DNA of 64,000 bases from a virus (lineage: Duplodnaviria > Caudoviricetes): IMG/VR virus record IMGVR_UViG_3300028364_000013, one strand, 5' to 3'. Position 1 is the stretch's first letter, and every line of letters begins with the position of its first letter. The position numbers and the translations under genes are program-made. The notes beneath the pieces are model-generated. The model searched no databases. It had not been told where the DNA came from and was given only the letters and a program-made list of their open reading frames with translations. Shown in pieces: positions 24,328 to 34,735 of the stretch.

Positions 24328-25223
24328 TATCTAATTTCACAATTTAAAAACTCTTTTAGTTTTGAACTATTATTAAACGTTCTTAACTTTTTAAGAGCAA
24401 ATTCTTTAATCTGTCTAACTCTTTCGTTTGTTAGACCAATTTTATTTCCTATTTCAGCAAGAGTCATCTCTTCTCCTCCATCAAGTCCAAAATACATCTT
24501 TAAGATAACACCTTCTCTTTCTGTCAACTCATCTAAAACGTCTTCTATTTCAGTCTGAAGAGCATGTTTATTCATTCCGTTTTCCATCTCTCTTAATCCA
24601 TCTCCAGCCATTGACTCGTGAAGTTCTGTAGCAGACTCATCTGACACAGTTGTGTTAAGAGAAATCTCTATGCCATTATCGGTATAAGCATTCCTAACCT
24701 CTTTTTCAGACAAAGTTGACTTCCCTTCTTCTTCATTGTAATAAAAATTACTAATCTCTTTTATAGTCGGCTCCCTACTAAGCTCTTTAGAAAGCGCTTC
24801 CGTAGCCTTTATCACCTTATTGATTGCATTGATTCTATTCACTGGCAATCTAACTGAACTTCCATTTTCGTATGCTGATTGCAATATAGATTGTCTAATC
24901 CACCAAACCGCATAAGAAATAAACATAAACCCCTTAGTGTCATCAAAACGCTCTACGGCTTTTATTAAACCTAAGTTACCTTCTTGAATTAAATCTTCCA
25001 GCGGCATCCCAGTATATGTGTATTCTTTTGCAACTGATAGAACAAATCTTAAATTACTCTCAATCAATTCTTTTAAAGCCCTTTGGTCTCCGTCTCTGGC
25101 TTTTATAGCTAATTTTACTTGCTCCTTTCCATCAACCTGGTCATACCTTCTAACTTCTTTGTAATAGCACTTAAGCGACAAGTTGTCTCTTTGCATTGTT
25201 TCATCTCCTTTCAACATATTCAT
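24327..25223 (-). CDS. RNA polymerase sigma-70 family factor (RpoD/RpoS-like, no region 1.1)
   Basis: LIESNLRFV, DLIQEGNLGL, FISYAVWWIRQSI, VRLP, TLAEIG...TNERVRQI. Confidence 0.92.
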   Translation of the reverse strand: MNMLKGDETMQRDNLSLKCYYKEVRRYDQVDGKEQVKLAIKARDGDQRALKELIESNLRFVLSVAKEYTYTGMPLEDLIQEGNLGLIKAVERFDDTKGFMFISYAVWWIRQSILQSAYENGSSVRLPVNRINAINKVIKATEALSKELSREPTIKEISNFYYNEEEGKSTLSEKEVRNAYTDNGIEISLNTTVSDESATELHESMAGDGLREMENGMNKHALQTEIEDVLDELTEREGVILKMYFGLDGGEEMTLAEIGNKIGLTNERVRQIKEFALKKLRTFNNSSKLKEFLNCEIR

Positions 25224-25234
25224 CCTATTATTTA

Positions 25235-25702
25235 TTAATCATTCCAGTTAAGCTGGGAAATGAATTTTTTGAACTTATTAAAGTCCTCTTCGTTGTCAAT
25301 GTTTATAGCAGTTGTGCTTTCATTACCTTCTGAGTCAGCTCCAGTGGTATGTACTTGAAGGAACCTGCTTTCTTGCCCTCTTTCTCTAAAGCTAATCAAA
25401 TCAACTTCTATAATACCAGAAATTTGCCCTTCAGGGTTTTTTGTTTCAAGTCTTATAAAAGTATTACTACCTTCCTCTGTGAGAACGTTGTCCGCAGATT
25501 CATGATGTGATAAATTAGTAGCAGGTGCCGTAGGTGCCGTAGGTGCCACTGCAGGTATTGCTGTAATCTTTTGTTCTTCTTGTACTTCTTGTACTGGAGG
25601 CCCCGTTTGTATGCTTCCCTGCGATGGGATTGCATTGCCAGGAAACACTCCTCTGTTGTTGTTATTATTTTCCATTATTCCACAATTTTTTATTATAAAC
25701 AA
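25235..25702 (-). CDS. Hypothetical protein with Pro/Ala-rich linker
   Basis: ORF; TATATTTG at 25700-25707. Confidence 0.65.
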   Translation of the reverse strand: MFIIKNCGIMENNNNNRGVFPGNAIPSQGSIQTGPPVQEVQEEQKITAIPAVAPTAPTAPATNLSHHESADNVLTEEGSNTFIRLETKNPEGQISGIIEVDLISFRERGQESRFLQVHTTGADSEGNESTTAINIDNEEDFNKFKKFISQLNWND

Positions 25703-25710
25703 ATATAGTC

Positions 25711-25743
25711 AAAAAAAGAGCGGATTCCAAATTGGAACGCTCT
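25711..25743 (-). terminator. Intrinsic terminator
   Basis: GAGCG..TTCC/GGAA..CGCTC stem with a U-tract on the minus strand. Confidence 0.55.
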
Positions 25744-25781
25744 AATCTCTTATTTTTTATAAAATTATAAATTTATTTTTT

Positions 25782-26438
25782 CTACACTGCACTTTGAACC
25801 GTTACAGCGTCAATGACTTGTTCTAATATTTCTTCTTTTAAGTCATCAAAAGATAATCTCTTTTTTGTATTCTTTGCATATATCAACTCCTCATTTGGTT
25901 CGTCAATATACCATTTTGCATTACCAATCTCAACAGTTGGAAAATCGAGCTTCACCTTCTTTCTCTGACCCTTACCTTGTCTGTGAGATTTTTTTTCTAA
26001 AGTATCAAAATCAACAGTCCCATCAGCATTTTTATCTGCTGTATCGTAAAATTTCTTTAATTGAGAAATTGACATTTGATGGTCGGTCCTGGTATCTTGC
26101 TGCAATTGGTTTGAGTTTCTAAAAAATATTGTCGTAATAACATTATCTCTCACAACTGCCCAAAGCTCATCCCCAACAGAAACATGCCCAGTCTCTGGGT
26201 CTTTAGATGAATATACAACTGGATATTTCTTTATCTGTATTGATGCTGATTCATATTCAGGAAAATTAACTCTCTTAATCAAATCTACAGCACCTTTTAT
26301 TTCATCGTAATTAAACTTAGGTCTTGTATACATAGTGCTTGAAAGCCTGTCATGAACTCTATCTTTAAAGTGAGTTGATGGCGCTGCTTCATTAAACACT
26401 TCCATTATTATGTTTCTTATTTCTTGTTGAATGTCCAT
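25782..26438 (-). CDS. Hypothetical protein with 'IRNIIMEVFNEA' N-terminal motif
   Basis: Long ORF coupled to the upstream gene. Confidence 0.7.
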   Translation of the reverse strand: MDIQQEIRNIIMEVFNEAAPSTHFKDRVHDRLSSTMYTRPKFNYDEIKGAVDLIKRVNFPEYESASIQIKKYPVVYSSKDPETGHVSVGDELWAVVRDNVITTIFFRNSNQLQQDTRTDHQMSISQLKKFYDTADKNADGTVDFDTLEKKSHRQGKGQRKKVKLDFPTVEIGNAKWYIDEPNEELIYAKNTKKRLSFDDLKEEILEQVIDAVTVQSAV

Positions 26439-26746
26439 TAAAAAGTGTCTTTATATTTTAAGATTTGCTGCATTTTAACAGCATCCAATACAGTACCTCC
26501 TTTAAGAGTCATTGTGTATTCTTTAGATATTGCATTTTGAATCTCTTCGAAACTCAATCTGGTGTCATCAACCAAGAAACCTCTCTCTGAAAATGTGATA
26601 ACATATTCAGATTCTGTGCCGCCATTAAACCTGACTGCTTTTGGCTTCATCTTAACCTTTGGTGCTGGAGCTTGCATAGGAGGAAACTCCTCGCTCAATA
26701 ATGCGCCTTTTAAAATGCTTGAAATCTCTTCTCTTAATTCGTCCAT
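26438..26746 (-). CDS. Hypothetical protein with 'LREEISSIL' N-terminal motif
   Basis: ATG at 26746; TATTTATT at 26763-26770. Confidence 0.65.
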   Translation of the reverse strand: MDELREEISSILKGALLSEEFPPMQAPAPKVKMKPKAVRFNGGTESEYVITFSERGFLVDDTRLSFEEIQNAISKEYTMTLKGGTVLDAVKMQQILKYKDTF

Positions 26747-26774
26747 TGCAGAAATACTTTCTAATAAATAGTCC

Positions 26775-26813
26775 AAAAAAAAAGGTGTTTAACTATTTTA
26801 AACACCTTTTTTT
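26775..26813. terminator. Intrinsic terminator
   Basis: AAAAGGTGTTTAA/TTAAACACCTTTT perfect 13-bp stem. Confidence 0.8.
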
Positions 26814-26838
26814 AACAATTTTATTAGAAATTCTAATT

Positions 26839-27069
26839 TTAGAATTCACCTTTTAACCTGGCCTCCATCATCTTCTTCATGAATTCTTCGTACTTTTTCT
26901 TTTCAGCACGTCTCTTGTTGATTACAGCTTCTCTTGCTTTAGCAACTTTGATACGAGACTCTCTTAAACGCTTATTTCTTTTTAAGCCTCTTTTTGCCTC
27001 TGCCTGTCTTTTTACTCTACTCTTAGGTTTTTTCATCTTTTCTATTTTTATAAAATATAAGAAACTCAT
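26839..27069 (-). CDS. Small highly basic protein
   Basis: K/R-rich helical sequence; start may be MKKPK at 27036. Confidence 0.6.
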   Translation of the reverse strand: MSFLYFIKIEKMKKPKSRVKRQAEAKRGLKRNKRLRESRIKVAKAREAVINKRRAEKKKYEEFMKKMMEARLKGEF

Positions 27070-27078
27070 TTTAATAAA

Positions 27079-27346
27079 TCAAATTTTCTCATAATGTTCT
27101 TTAAGAAACTTTACTATTTCTCTCGATGGCACCTGAACCGCTCCGTTATCAATAGCTCTCTTAATCACATCTCCTTTGACATCATAATGAGGCCTATTCT
27201 TACCTCGCTTATTTTTCAAACCAGCATCTATTTAACCCTATCTCTTCTGCAAACTCATGCAAAGAAGAGATAGTATCAGCAACTAAGTGACACCACCCCT
27301 TCCTTGGAAAGTCTATTAAAAAAAACTGGTTGATTAGCTTCCACAC
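27079..27346 (-). pseudogene. DUF4031-like phage gene split by a one-base frameshift (not in ORF track)
   Basis: Frame 1 WCHLVADTISSLHEFAEEIGLNRCWFEK*, frame 2 NKRGKNRPHYDVKGDVIKRAIDNGAVQVPSREIV; shift at TTTGAAAAATAAG (~27208-27220). Confidence 0.65.
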
Positions 27347-29895
27347 ATCAAACAATCATCTGGATTATCCAGGCTGCAGTTTAAGCCTTTTAAAGCCTCT
27401 TCTTCTGCGTCTGATAAGTCAACAGTGGGTTTTTCTATAACTGCAACTTGAGAAACCTGAGGCACCACTGGAGCCATTACTTCAGGAATTACTACAACCT
27501 CTTCTAATTTTTCAGAAGATTCTGTGTCAACTCCAAGAGATTTTCTTGCTTCAGCTTTAGCATTGCTTCTTAAGTAGTACATACCAGTTTTAAGCCCTTT
27601 TTTCCAACCATAGAACAATGCTTTGTTTAGTTTTCCAGCATTTGCATCACGAATAAATAAATTCATTGATTGTGATTGACAGATAAAAGCACCTCTATCA
27701 GCCGACATATCAATCAAATTGCTTGCTTTCATTTCCCAAACAGTTTTGTAAACAGACTTAATTTGGTCTGGAATGTTGCTTATAGTTTGAATTGAGCCGC
27801 TATTTTGTATCAACTTAACTCTCATCTCATCACCCCAAAGGCCAAGGTTTATTAAGTCCTCAACCAAATGTCTGTTTACAACAACAAATTCTCCAGACAA
27901 GGTATTTCTCTTGTATAAATTGTTTGTGTAAGGTTCAAAACACTCATTGTTTCCAAGTATCTGAGCAGTAGAGGCAGTTGGCATAGGAGCAAGTAAAAGT
28001 GAATTACGAACACCATATTTCATTACTGACTTTCTAAGTTTAGACCAATCCCACATTCCAGAAAGCGTTTCCTCATTCACGCCCCATAGGTTAAATTGAA
28101 ATTGACCCTCAGAAAGAGGAGAGCCACTAAATGTTTTATATGCTCCATATGCATCTTCAAACTCTTCAGAATCTTGAAGAGTTAATTTCATTGCTTCTTT
28201 TCTAACTTTCTTAGATATATCGTTAGATGCTGTCATAGATGCAAAGTAAATGGTCTCAAAAATATCTTTATTTAACTTTTTAGCTTCATCTGATTCAAAA
28301 GGAATACCCATAAGAGCAAACGTATCCGCAAGACCCTGCACTCCAATACCAATTGGCCTGTGTCTCATATTCGATTTCTTAGTTTCCTTAGTTGGATACC
28401 AATTAACATCAATAACCTGATTAAGGTTTAGTGTAGTTTGATATGCGACATCATAAAGTTTTTCAAAATCATATTCTCTCAAATCCTTTTCTTTCGATTT
28501 AACTCTACCACTTGGTATTGTAACCATTTTTGGAAGCGCTATTGAAGCCAGGTTACATACAGCGGATTCATCTGGAGTCGAAACCTCTAAAATTTCTGTA
28601 CACAAGTTAGAAGATTTGATTGTACCTATGTTTTTTTGATTTGACTTGTTGTTGGCCGCATCTTTATATAGAATGTAAGGAGTTCCAGTTTCAATCTGAG
28701 CCTCAAGTATTTTTGCCCACAATTCCCTTGCTGGCATTGTTTTTCTAACTTTACCTTCTGATTCATATTTCTCATACAAAGCTGTAAACGCTTTATTGTC
28801 ATGTGAATCAAAAACATCAGAAAGCCCTTGGCATTCATTTGGACACATTAAAGACCAGCTTTTATCTTCTTCAACTCTCTGCATAAACAAATCAGGAACC
28901 CAAAGTGCTAAAAATAAGTCTCTCGCCCTAAGCTCTTCTTTACCATGATTTTTTCTAAGGTCAATAAACTGTTCAACATCAGCATGCCATGGTTCAAGAT
29001 AAATAGCAAAAGAGCCTTTTCTTTTACCACCTTGATTTATCCACTTAGCAACTTCATTGTATGTTTTAAGCATTGGAAGTATACCATCAGCATATCCTCC
29101 AGTACCTTTTATGTAAGAACCTTTTGCTCTAACATTATGGATATGAAGACCTATTCCTCCAGCCCACTTAGAAATGTTTGCAACATCCTTAACAGTATCA
29201 AACAAAGAATTAATATCGTCACCTTTGTTTGCAACCAAGAAACATGAAGACAATTGAGGCTTCGGAGTTCCAGAGTTAAACAAAGTAGGTGTTGCGTGCG
29301 TAAATTGACCAGTTGACAATAACTCATATGTATTTTGAACTTGTTCAAAGTTATCTCCCCAGATACCCAACGCAACCCTCATATACATGTGTTGAGGTGT
29401 TTCAGCTATGTTACCAGCTATCTTCAATAAATAGGACCTCTCAAGAGTCTTAAATCCGAAATATTCGAAATCAAGGTCTCTATCATGAACAATCATTGAT
29501 TCAATTTTTTTACCATTATTTTGAACCAGGTTATATAACTCTTCTGAAACAAGAGGCGCTGCCTCTCCAGTCTCTGGACTTATATAGTTATACAAATCTT
29601 CAACAGTCTCTTTGAAACTCTTCTTAGTTTCTTTTTTCAAAGAAGTCAATGCTATTCTCGCTGCTAATATAGAATAGTCTGGATGGACTCTTGTCATTGC
29701 CGCTGCAGTTTCTGCTGCAAGCTCATCAAGCTCTTTAGATGTTACTCCATCATAAACACCAGAAATAACCTTCTTGGCTATTTCCATATAATCAACATGC
29801 TCAGAATCTAATCCGTATGTTTGCTTTTTTATTCTTGCTGAAATTTTATCAAACTTCACCGTCTCTTCTGAGCCGTCTCTTTTTATTACTTTCAT
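27334..29895 (-). CDS. nrdA: Ribonucleotide reductase class Ia alpha subunit with ATP cone
   Basis: VIKRDG ATP cone, TPTLFNSG, QLSSCF, SNLCTE, PTAST, KTGMYY, C-terminal CxxC. Confidence 0.97.
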   Translation of the reverse strand: MKVIKRDGSEETVKFDKISARIKKQTYGLDSEHVDYMEIAKKVISGVYDGVTSKELDELAAETAAAMTRVHPDYSILAARIALTSLKKETKKSFKETVEDLYNYISPETGEAAPLVSEELYNLVQNNGKKIESMIVHDRDLDFEYFGFKTLERSYLLKIAGNIAETPQHMYMRVALGIWGDNFEQVQNTYELLSTGQFTHATPTLFNSGTPKPQLSSCFLVANKGDDINSLFDTVKDVANISKWAGGIGLHIHNVRAKGSYIKGTGGYADGILPMLKTYNEVAKWINQGGKRKGSFAIYLEPWHADVEQFIDLRKNHGKEELRARDLFLALWVPDLFMQRVEEDKSWSLMCPNECQGLSDVFDSHDNKAFTALYEKYESEGKVRKTMPARELWAKILEAQIETGTPYILYKDAANNKSNQKNIGTIKSSNLCTEILEVSTPDESAVCNLASIALPKMVTIPSGRVKSKEKDLREYDFEKLYDVAYQTTLNLNQVIDVNWYPTKETKKSNMRHRPIGIGVQGLADTFALMGIPFESDEAKKLNKDIFETIYFASMTASNDISKKVRKEAMKLTLQDSEEFEDAYGAYKTFSGSPLSEGQFQFNLWGVNEETLSGMWDWSKLRKSVMKYGVRNSLLLAPMPTASTAQILGNNECFEPYTNNLYKRNTLSGEFVVVNRHLVEDLINLGLWGDEMRVKLIQNSGSIQTISNIPDQIKSVYKTVWEMKASNLIDMSADRGAFICQSQSMNLFIRDANAGKLNKALFYGWKKGLKTGMYYLRSNAKAEARKSLGVDTESSEKLEEVVVIPEVMAPVVPQVSQVAVIEKPTVDLSDAEEEALKGLNCSLDNPDDCLMCGS

Positions 29896-29913
29896 ATTTT
29901 AACTTATTATTTT

Positions 29914-30921
29914 TTAAAAATCATCTTCGTCACCATCGAATGATAATGAGTTATCTTCAGCTGAATTACCAACACCAGATTTTGCGTAGTCACCAACTCT
30001 TTTTTCAAAAAAGTTAGTCTTATTTTCTAATGCAATATTAGACATAAAGTCAAATGGATTCTTAGTTCCATAAACTACAGGACACTTTAAATCTAACAAC
30101 AATCTATCAGTAACATACTCAAGGTACTCAGACATAAGAGCTGAATTCATACCAATCAAACTAACTGGTAATGACTCTAAAATAAATTCTTTTTCAATAT
30201 CAAGAGCAGATTCTATAATCTCTCTAATTCTTTCTTTAGGCACCTTATCAACAACGTGGTGATTGTGAAGGTGGACTGCAAAATCACAATGAAGAGCTTC
30301 GTCTCTTGAAATCAATTCATTAGAAAAACTAAGTCCAGGCATTAAATTTCTTTTCTTCAACCAAAATATAGAACAGAATGAACCTGAGAAAAATATTCCC
30401 TCAACCGCAGCAAATGCAATAAGTCTTTCAGCAAAACTATCTGAATCAATCCACTTCAAAGCCCACTCAGCTTTTTTCTTAACTGCATCAATAGTATCAA
30501 TCGCATTAAACAACCTCTTTTGTTCAGCGCTATCTTTAACATAAGTATCTATCAATAAAGAGTAAGTTTCAGAGTGAACGTTCTCCATCATAATTTGAAA
30601 TCCGTAGAAGAACTTTGCTTCTGTATACTGAACTTCGTTTACAAAATTCTCAGCAAGATTTTCATTTACTATACCATCTGATGCTGCAAAAAATGCTAAC
30701 ACATTTTTAATGAAATACTTTTCATTTTCACTAAGCGTTTCCCAATCTTTTATATCCTGCTCAAGGTCTATCTCTTCTGCTGTCCAAATGCTTGCTTGAG
30801 ACTTTTTGTAAAACTCCCAAATGTCATCATGCTCAATAGGAAACAGAACAAATCTACCATCATTCTCTCTTAATATTGGCTCCATAAATTCACTTCCTTT
30901 TTCTTCTTTTTTTTCTTTCAT
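29914..30921 (-). CDS. nrdB: Ribonucleotide reductase class Ia beta subunit
   Basis: [41 protein letters not shown]. Confidence 0.97.
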   Translation of the reverse strand: MKEKKEEKGSEFMEPILRENDGRFVLFPIEHDDIWEFYKKSQASIWTAEEIDLEQDIKDWETLSENEKYFIKNVLAFFAASDGIVNENLAENFVNEVQYTEAKFFYGFQIMMENVHSETYSLLIDTYVKDSAEQKRLFNAIDTIDAVKKKAEWALKWIDSDSFAERLIAFAAVEGIFFSGSFCSIFWLKKRNLMPGLSFSNELISRDEALHCDFAVHLHNHHVVDKVPKERIREIIESALDIEKEFILESLPVSLIGMNSALMSEYLEYVTDRLLLDLKCPVVYGTKNPFDFMSNIALENKTNFFEKRVGDYAKSGVGNSAEDNSLSFDGDEDDF

Positions 30922-31229
30922 TTTTTGTTTTTTTTTAATTTTTTAGGTGACAATTCCCTGCAGCATAACAATGGGTTACACTGAATAAATAAATGGTTTC
31001 AGCAAAAAACTAATTACTTTTACTAAAATCTTCCTTTTTGTTTAAGAAAATTGATTTGTAAATTAAAAGATGTAGTGATTGACTTTTTGAAATTGGCTCT
31101 TGAACGGGTCTGGCTCTTTTTTCTAAAATCTTTTTCATAAACTACAATCTTTATAATAAATAAATAACAAAATTCTTTATCCAAGAAAGATGTCAAATTA
31201 GTTTTTAACACCTCCTATACTTAAGAGGT

Positions 31230-32624
31230 TTAGCCAGAATTTGACGCTCCGTTATCTAAAAATAACGCAATCTCATCGAGAGATTGTTCGTTTTCTGCTG
31301 GCCTACTTGCAACAACCCCTTCTTCGTTTTCGTTTGCCATTTCAATCAAAACTCTGCTCGTATCAAACAACAGTAGTTTATAAAGCCCATCTTGACCGTT
31401 TCTGTTCTTAATTATCCCAAGCATAGCTCTACTTATCTCTTTCATTTCATCTGGCCTACCAAGCCCAAAAGCAAGGTCAACCGTTGCAATAATACCCAAC
31501 GACTCCCCAATGTGTCCAGTATTAATTTTCTCCTCCTGAATCGCAGAACGATTTGTTTGGTGAGCTGTCCAAACTGGTATTCTGTAATTATTAGCAATAT
31601 TCCTTAACCCCTCTGCAACATCTGTTAAAGCATGTCTCATTTCAGCATAAGAACCAAGAGGTTTCATAAGACCAAGGTAATCTACAAATATAATATCTGG
31701 AACGAAACCTTCAAGTTCAAGAGTTTTAAGATGCGCCTTAATTGTATTAACTGTAACACCGCCTTCAAGAAACTCTTTAATCTTTAATCCACCACCAAGC
31801 TTTGCAACATCTTCAAGCTTTTCTGTAATGTATTCTGGATACTCCCAAACATGCTTTAACTTAATGTCATTAATACACGCATCAAACCTCTGCCCTACCA
31901 CGTCTTCTGATAACTCCATAGAATAGTAGACAACATTCTTACCTTCAAGAAGAGCTGTTGCAGCCCCTTTTACAAGCATCATCGACTTACCCCCTCCTGG
32001 AGGCGCAATCACAACTCCAAGCTCTCCTGGGGACAATCCGCCCCCAATATATTCATCAAGGTCTCTCATGAATGGAATCGGCATTCTAAAGTCTTTACTA
32101 AGCCTTTTGTTTACATCCTTAAAATAATCGTGACCAGAGTCTTTTGGCTGACCAGCCTTTAATGCTTCTTCAAAATCTTTTAAGATGCTATCCCACTTAT
32201 TTTTCTTCCAATTTTCTGCTGCCCTAAGAATTACTTCTCTAACATTTCTTTTTACAAAAAACTCCCTCGATGACTCTTGAACTTCTACTTTGTCTTCAAC
32301 TTTTAAGGCTTCTATTTTATCAATAAGACCAAGAATATGCTCTCTTGGAATACCTCTTTCTTTGAAGGATACTCTATCTCTCAGAGTTCCAAATCTGATA
32401 ATAGTTCCTCTATCGTTGTAGTATTGTATACAGTAATCAACAAGAATTTTTTGGTAGCCGTCAAAATAACTACTTTCGAGAATGTCAACAATAGTCTCAG
32501 AAAAACCAGTCCTATCTTCACAAAAAACGTGAATAAATTTGTTCTGATAATTTGAGTTTAGGGCGCTATCCCCTTCGTCCTCTTGTGCAAAGGAATTGAA
32601 TACATTGCTGTTCATATTACTCAT
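31230..32624 (-). CDS. dnaB: Replicative DnaB-like (gp41-type) helicase
   Basis: APPGGGKS, SMEL, IFVDYL, AHQTNR, KNRNG. Confidence 0.88.
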   Translation of the reverse strand: MSNMNSNVFNSFAQEDEGDSALNSNYQNKFIHVFCEDRTGFSETIVDILESSYFDGYQKILVDYCIQYYNDRGTIIRFGTLRDRVSFKERGIPREHILGLIDKIEALKVEDKVEVQESSREFFVKRNVREVILRAAENWKKNKWDSILKDFEEALKAGQPKDSGHDYFKDVNKRLSKDFRMPIPFMRDLDEYIGGGLSPGELGVVIAPPGGGKSMMLVKGAATALLEGKNVVYYSMELSEDVVGQRFDACINDIKLKHVWEYPEYITEKLEDVAKLGGGLKIKEFLEGGVTVNTIKAHLKTLELEGFVPDIIFVDYLGLMKPLGSYAEMRHALTDVAEGLRNIANNYRIPVWTAHQTNRSAIQEEKINTGHIGESLGIIATVDLAFGLGRPDEMKEISRAMLGIIKNRNGQDGLYKLLLFDTSRVLIEMANENEEGVVASRPAENEQSLDEIALFLDNGASNSG

Positions 32625-32691
32625 AAGTTGTCTTTCTCTCTCCGTGCAAATATAGCACTTATTTTTCTAAAGTAAGCAAAGAAGTTTTAAA

Positions 32692-33723
32692 TTATTTCAA
32701 ACTTTCTTCGTACTCTTTCTCTTTGGCCATCAGATTATAGAATGGTCCAAAGAAATTATCTGTTCCAAAAAATTGATTGAATCCGTCTTTTGCAAACATC
32801 TTCATAGCATTTTCAATAGAACCTTCATCATTGAATGTACTGACTCTGATTTTATCTACTTCATCAATAGCTTCTTGGTTTAAGAAAGGTTTTTTAAGGT
32901 TCATTAACTCTGCGTTTCTATACAAAGTATCTTGAGCTTGAATTATTTTCTCATAAGTTTTTAACTTCTTCTTTTTCTGCTTCTCATAACATTCTTCTAC
33001 CAATCTACCATAAGTATACTTTTCAGTAATCATATCTGGAAAATGCTTAAGAAGAGTTGGCACACCGACTCCGTGAACTCCAGAAATACCATCTGAACTA
33101 TCTCCTGAAAAACATTTTAAAAGCAAAGCATTGTCAACAACGTAGCCATACTTTTCTTTAAAGTTGGTCTTTGTGATTATATCCATACTGTCTGGATTAA
33201 CCATTGACACATTATCTGATATAAGTTGAAAGAAATCTTGGTCTCTACTGTAGATGTAGATATGTTCGTCAGGATTTTTGCAACCAAGTATATAATAAGC
33301 GATAAGGTCATCGGCCTCAATATAATCTAACTCCGCCTGCCTTACAAATAGTTCTTCCAGATAAACTTGAACGTCTATCTTTTGAGATAATAATTGAAAG
33401 TCTTCAGCATCTTTTTCATTGGTTATACCATGACCCTCAGTTGCAATGACTCTCGTCTCGTTCTCCCAATTCTTTTTTCTATTAGCCTTGTATGGCTTGT
33501 AGATGTTGTACCTTAGTTTTCCTGCGTGAAATCCGTCCCAAAAAACTATAACCCTGTCTGGCATCAATCTGTTTATAACAGATTTGGTACTATCTAAAAA
33601 ACCAAAGGTGCCACCACAAAGCTTGCGATTGGCACCCATTAGGTCTTTTCTTTTATAAAAGTTCCTTTTAAGATTCCATTGCCCATCTATCAAAAGAGTT
33701 CTAAAATTTTTATTATTATCCAT
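32692..33723 (-). CDS. 5'-3' exonuclease / flap endonuclease (PolI N-domain-like)
   Basis: LLIDG, YKANR, EADDLI, SRDQDFFQL, GDSSDGISGVHGVG. Confidence 0.9.
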   Translation of the reverse strand: MDNNKNFRTLLIDGQWNLKRNFYKRKDLMGANRKLCGGTFGFLDSTKSVINRLMPDRVIVFWDGFHAGKLRYNIYKPYKANRKKNWENETRVIATEGHGITNEKDAEDFQLLSQKIDVQVYLEELFVRQAELDYIEADDLIAYYILGCKNPDEHIYIYSRDQDFFQLISDNVSMVNPDSMDIITKTNFKEKYGYVVDNALLLKCFSGDSSDGISGVHGVGVPTLLKHFPDMITEKYTYGRLVEECYEKQKKKKLKTYEKIIQAQDTLYRNAELMNLKKPFLNQEAIDEVDKIRVSTFNDEGSIENAMKMFAKDGFNQFFGTDNFFGPFYNLMAKEKEYEESLK

Positions 33724-33731
33724 TTTTTTAA

Positions 33732-34625
33732 TTATTTAAAAAATTTATTTATCCAACCATTACTTAAAGAGGCTTTATAAGCACTTTCGCTATTTTTTTG
33801 AAACTCTCCTTTTGTTTCAAATTTTTCAGCTTCAACAAAACATCTTTCTATGGTCCAATATCCATTTGGTTTTTTTGTCTTCATGTGAGGACAAAGCTCA
33901 TCAAGCCAATTATTTTTAAACATTGACATATATGCTCCTGGGCTTTTTTTGTACAACTCTTTCTTTGCTTTATACTTCAAGGCCTCTTTTTTGCACTTAT
34001 CTTTCGTCCAATAACCTTTGTGTTTTTTGATGATTTTATTCATATGAACACAAACATCATCGAGCCATCCATTTTTTCTTGCAGAATTATATGCGCTACC
34101 GCTCTCTTTTGCGAATATAGTTCTTTTTTTATAATTTATAGACTCTTCTATACACTTTTCTTTTGTCCACTTCAAATTTCCTCCACCAATAGCTCCAGCA
34201 TCTGCTAAATTTAAAACATTATATCCATTTTTTTTATAAAACTCGATTTTATCTCCCTCCAAAATTTTAGCATCTTCAACGTCTATATAATCTGAATAAG
34301 ATAATATTGGATTCATTCCAGTTTTTTTTATGTACTTAAAAACCCTACTTCTACCATCTCTCCTGTGTTTGTTGTCTCTTTCTTCAATATTATAAGTTAA
34401 CCCTACATATACAGATTTATCGCCAAATTCATATACATAAACAAGTCTTCTGTATTTATTGCCAACAACTGACATGTGAGAACAAATTTCATTCAACCAA
34501 CCATTTTTATTAGAAGCGTTATAAGCTCCTCCTGAGTTTGTTTTAAATTTAGACCTTAATTTATACTTCAACGCCTCTTTTTCACATTTTTCTTTTGTCC
34601 AATAATTTCTGTTTTTTCTATTCAT
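33732..34625 (-). CDS. GIY-YIG-type endonuclease with four WTKEKC..EA.KY repeats
   Basis: VYVYEF...YVGLT...R...H; repeated WT.E.C..EA motifs; TATTTATA at 34639. Confidence 0.75.
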   Translation of the reverse strand: MNRKNRNYWTKEKCEKEALKYKLRSKFKTNSGGAYNASNKNGWLNEICSHMSVVGNKYRRLVYVYEFGDKSVYVGLTYNIEERDNKHRRDGRSRVFKYIKKTGMNPILSYSDYIDVEDAKILEGDKIEFYKKNGYNVLNLADAGAIGGGNLKWTKEKCIEESINYKKRTIFAKESGSAYNSARKNGWLDDVCVHMNKIIKKHKGYWTKDKCKKEALKYKAKKELYKKSPGAYMSMFKNNWLDELCPHMKTKKPNGYWTIERCFVEAEKFETKGEFQKNSESAYKASLSNGWINKFFK

Positions 34626-34696
34626 TTTATCTTTTTATTATAAATACCAATAAAAAATTTACAAAATATATAATAAACGTTTTCATATATTTAAGC

Positions 34697-34735
34697 AAAA
34701 AAAAGCCAAGTGTTAATACTTGGCTTTTTCTTTTT
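34697..34735. terminator. Intrinsic terminator after recA
   Basis: AAAAGCCAAGT-GTTAAT-ACTTGGCTTTT. Confidence 0.8.

Noticed and set aside
30940-31000. Riboswitch or NrdR box upstream of nrdB
   Set aside because: Only a modest hairpin (CAGTGTAAC/GTTATGCTG) is present; no match to a known consensus could be supported.
31010-31211. ORF 31023..31211 and a 42-aa ORF (31138..31010) ending in TAG
   Set aside because: No recognisable motif, and readthrough gives no longer meaningful product.
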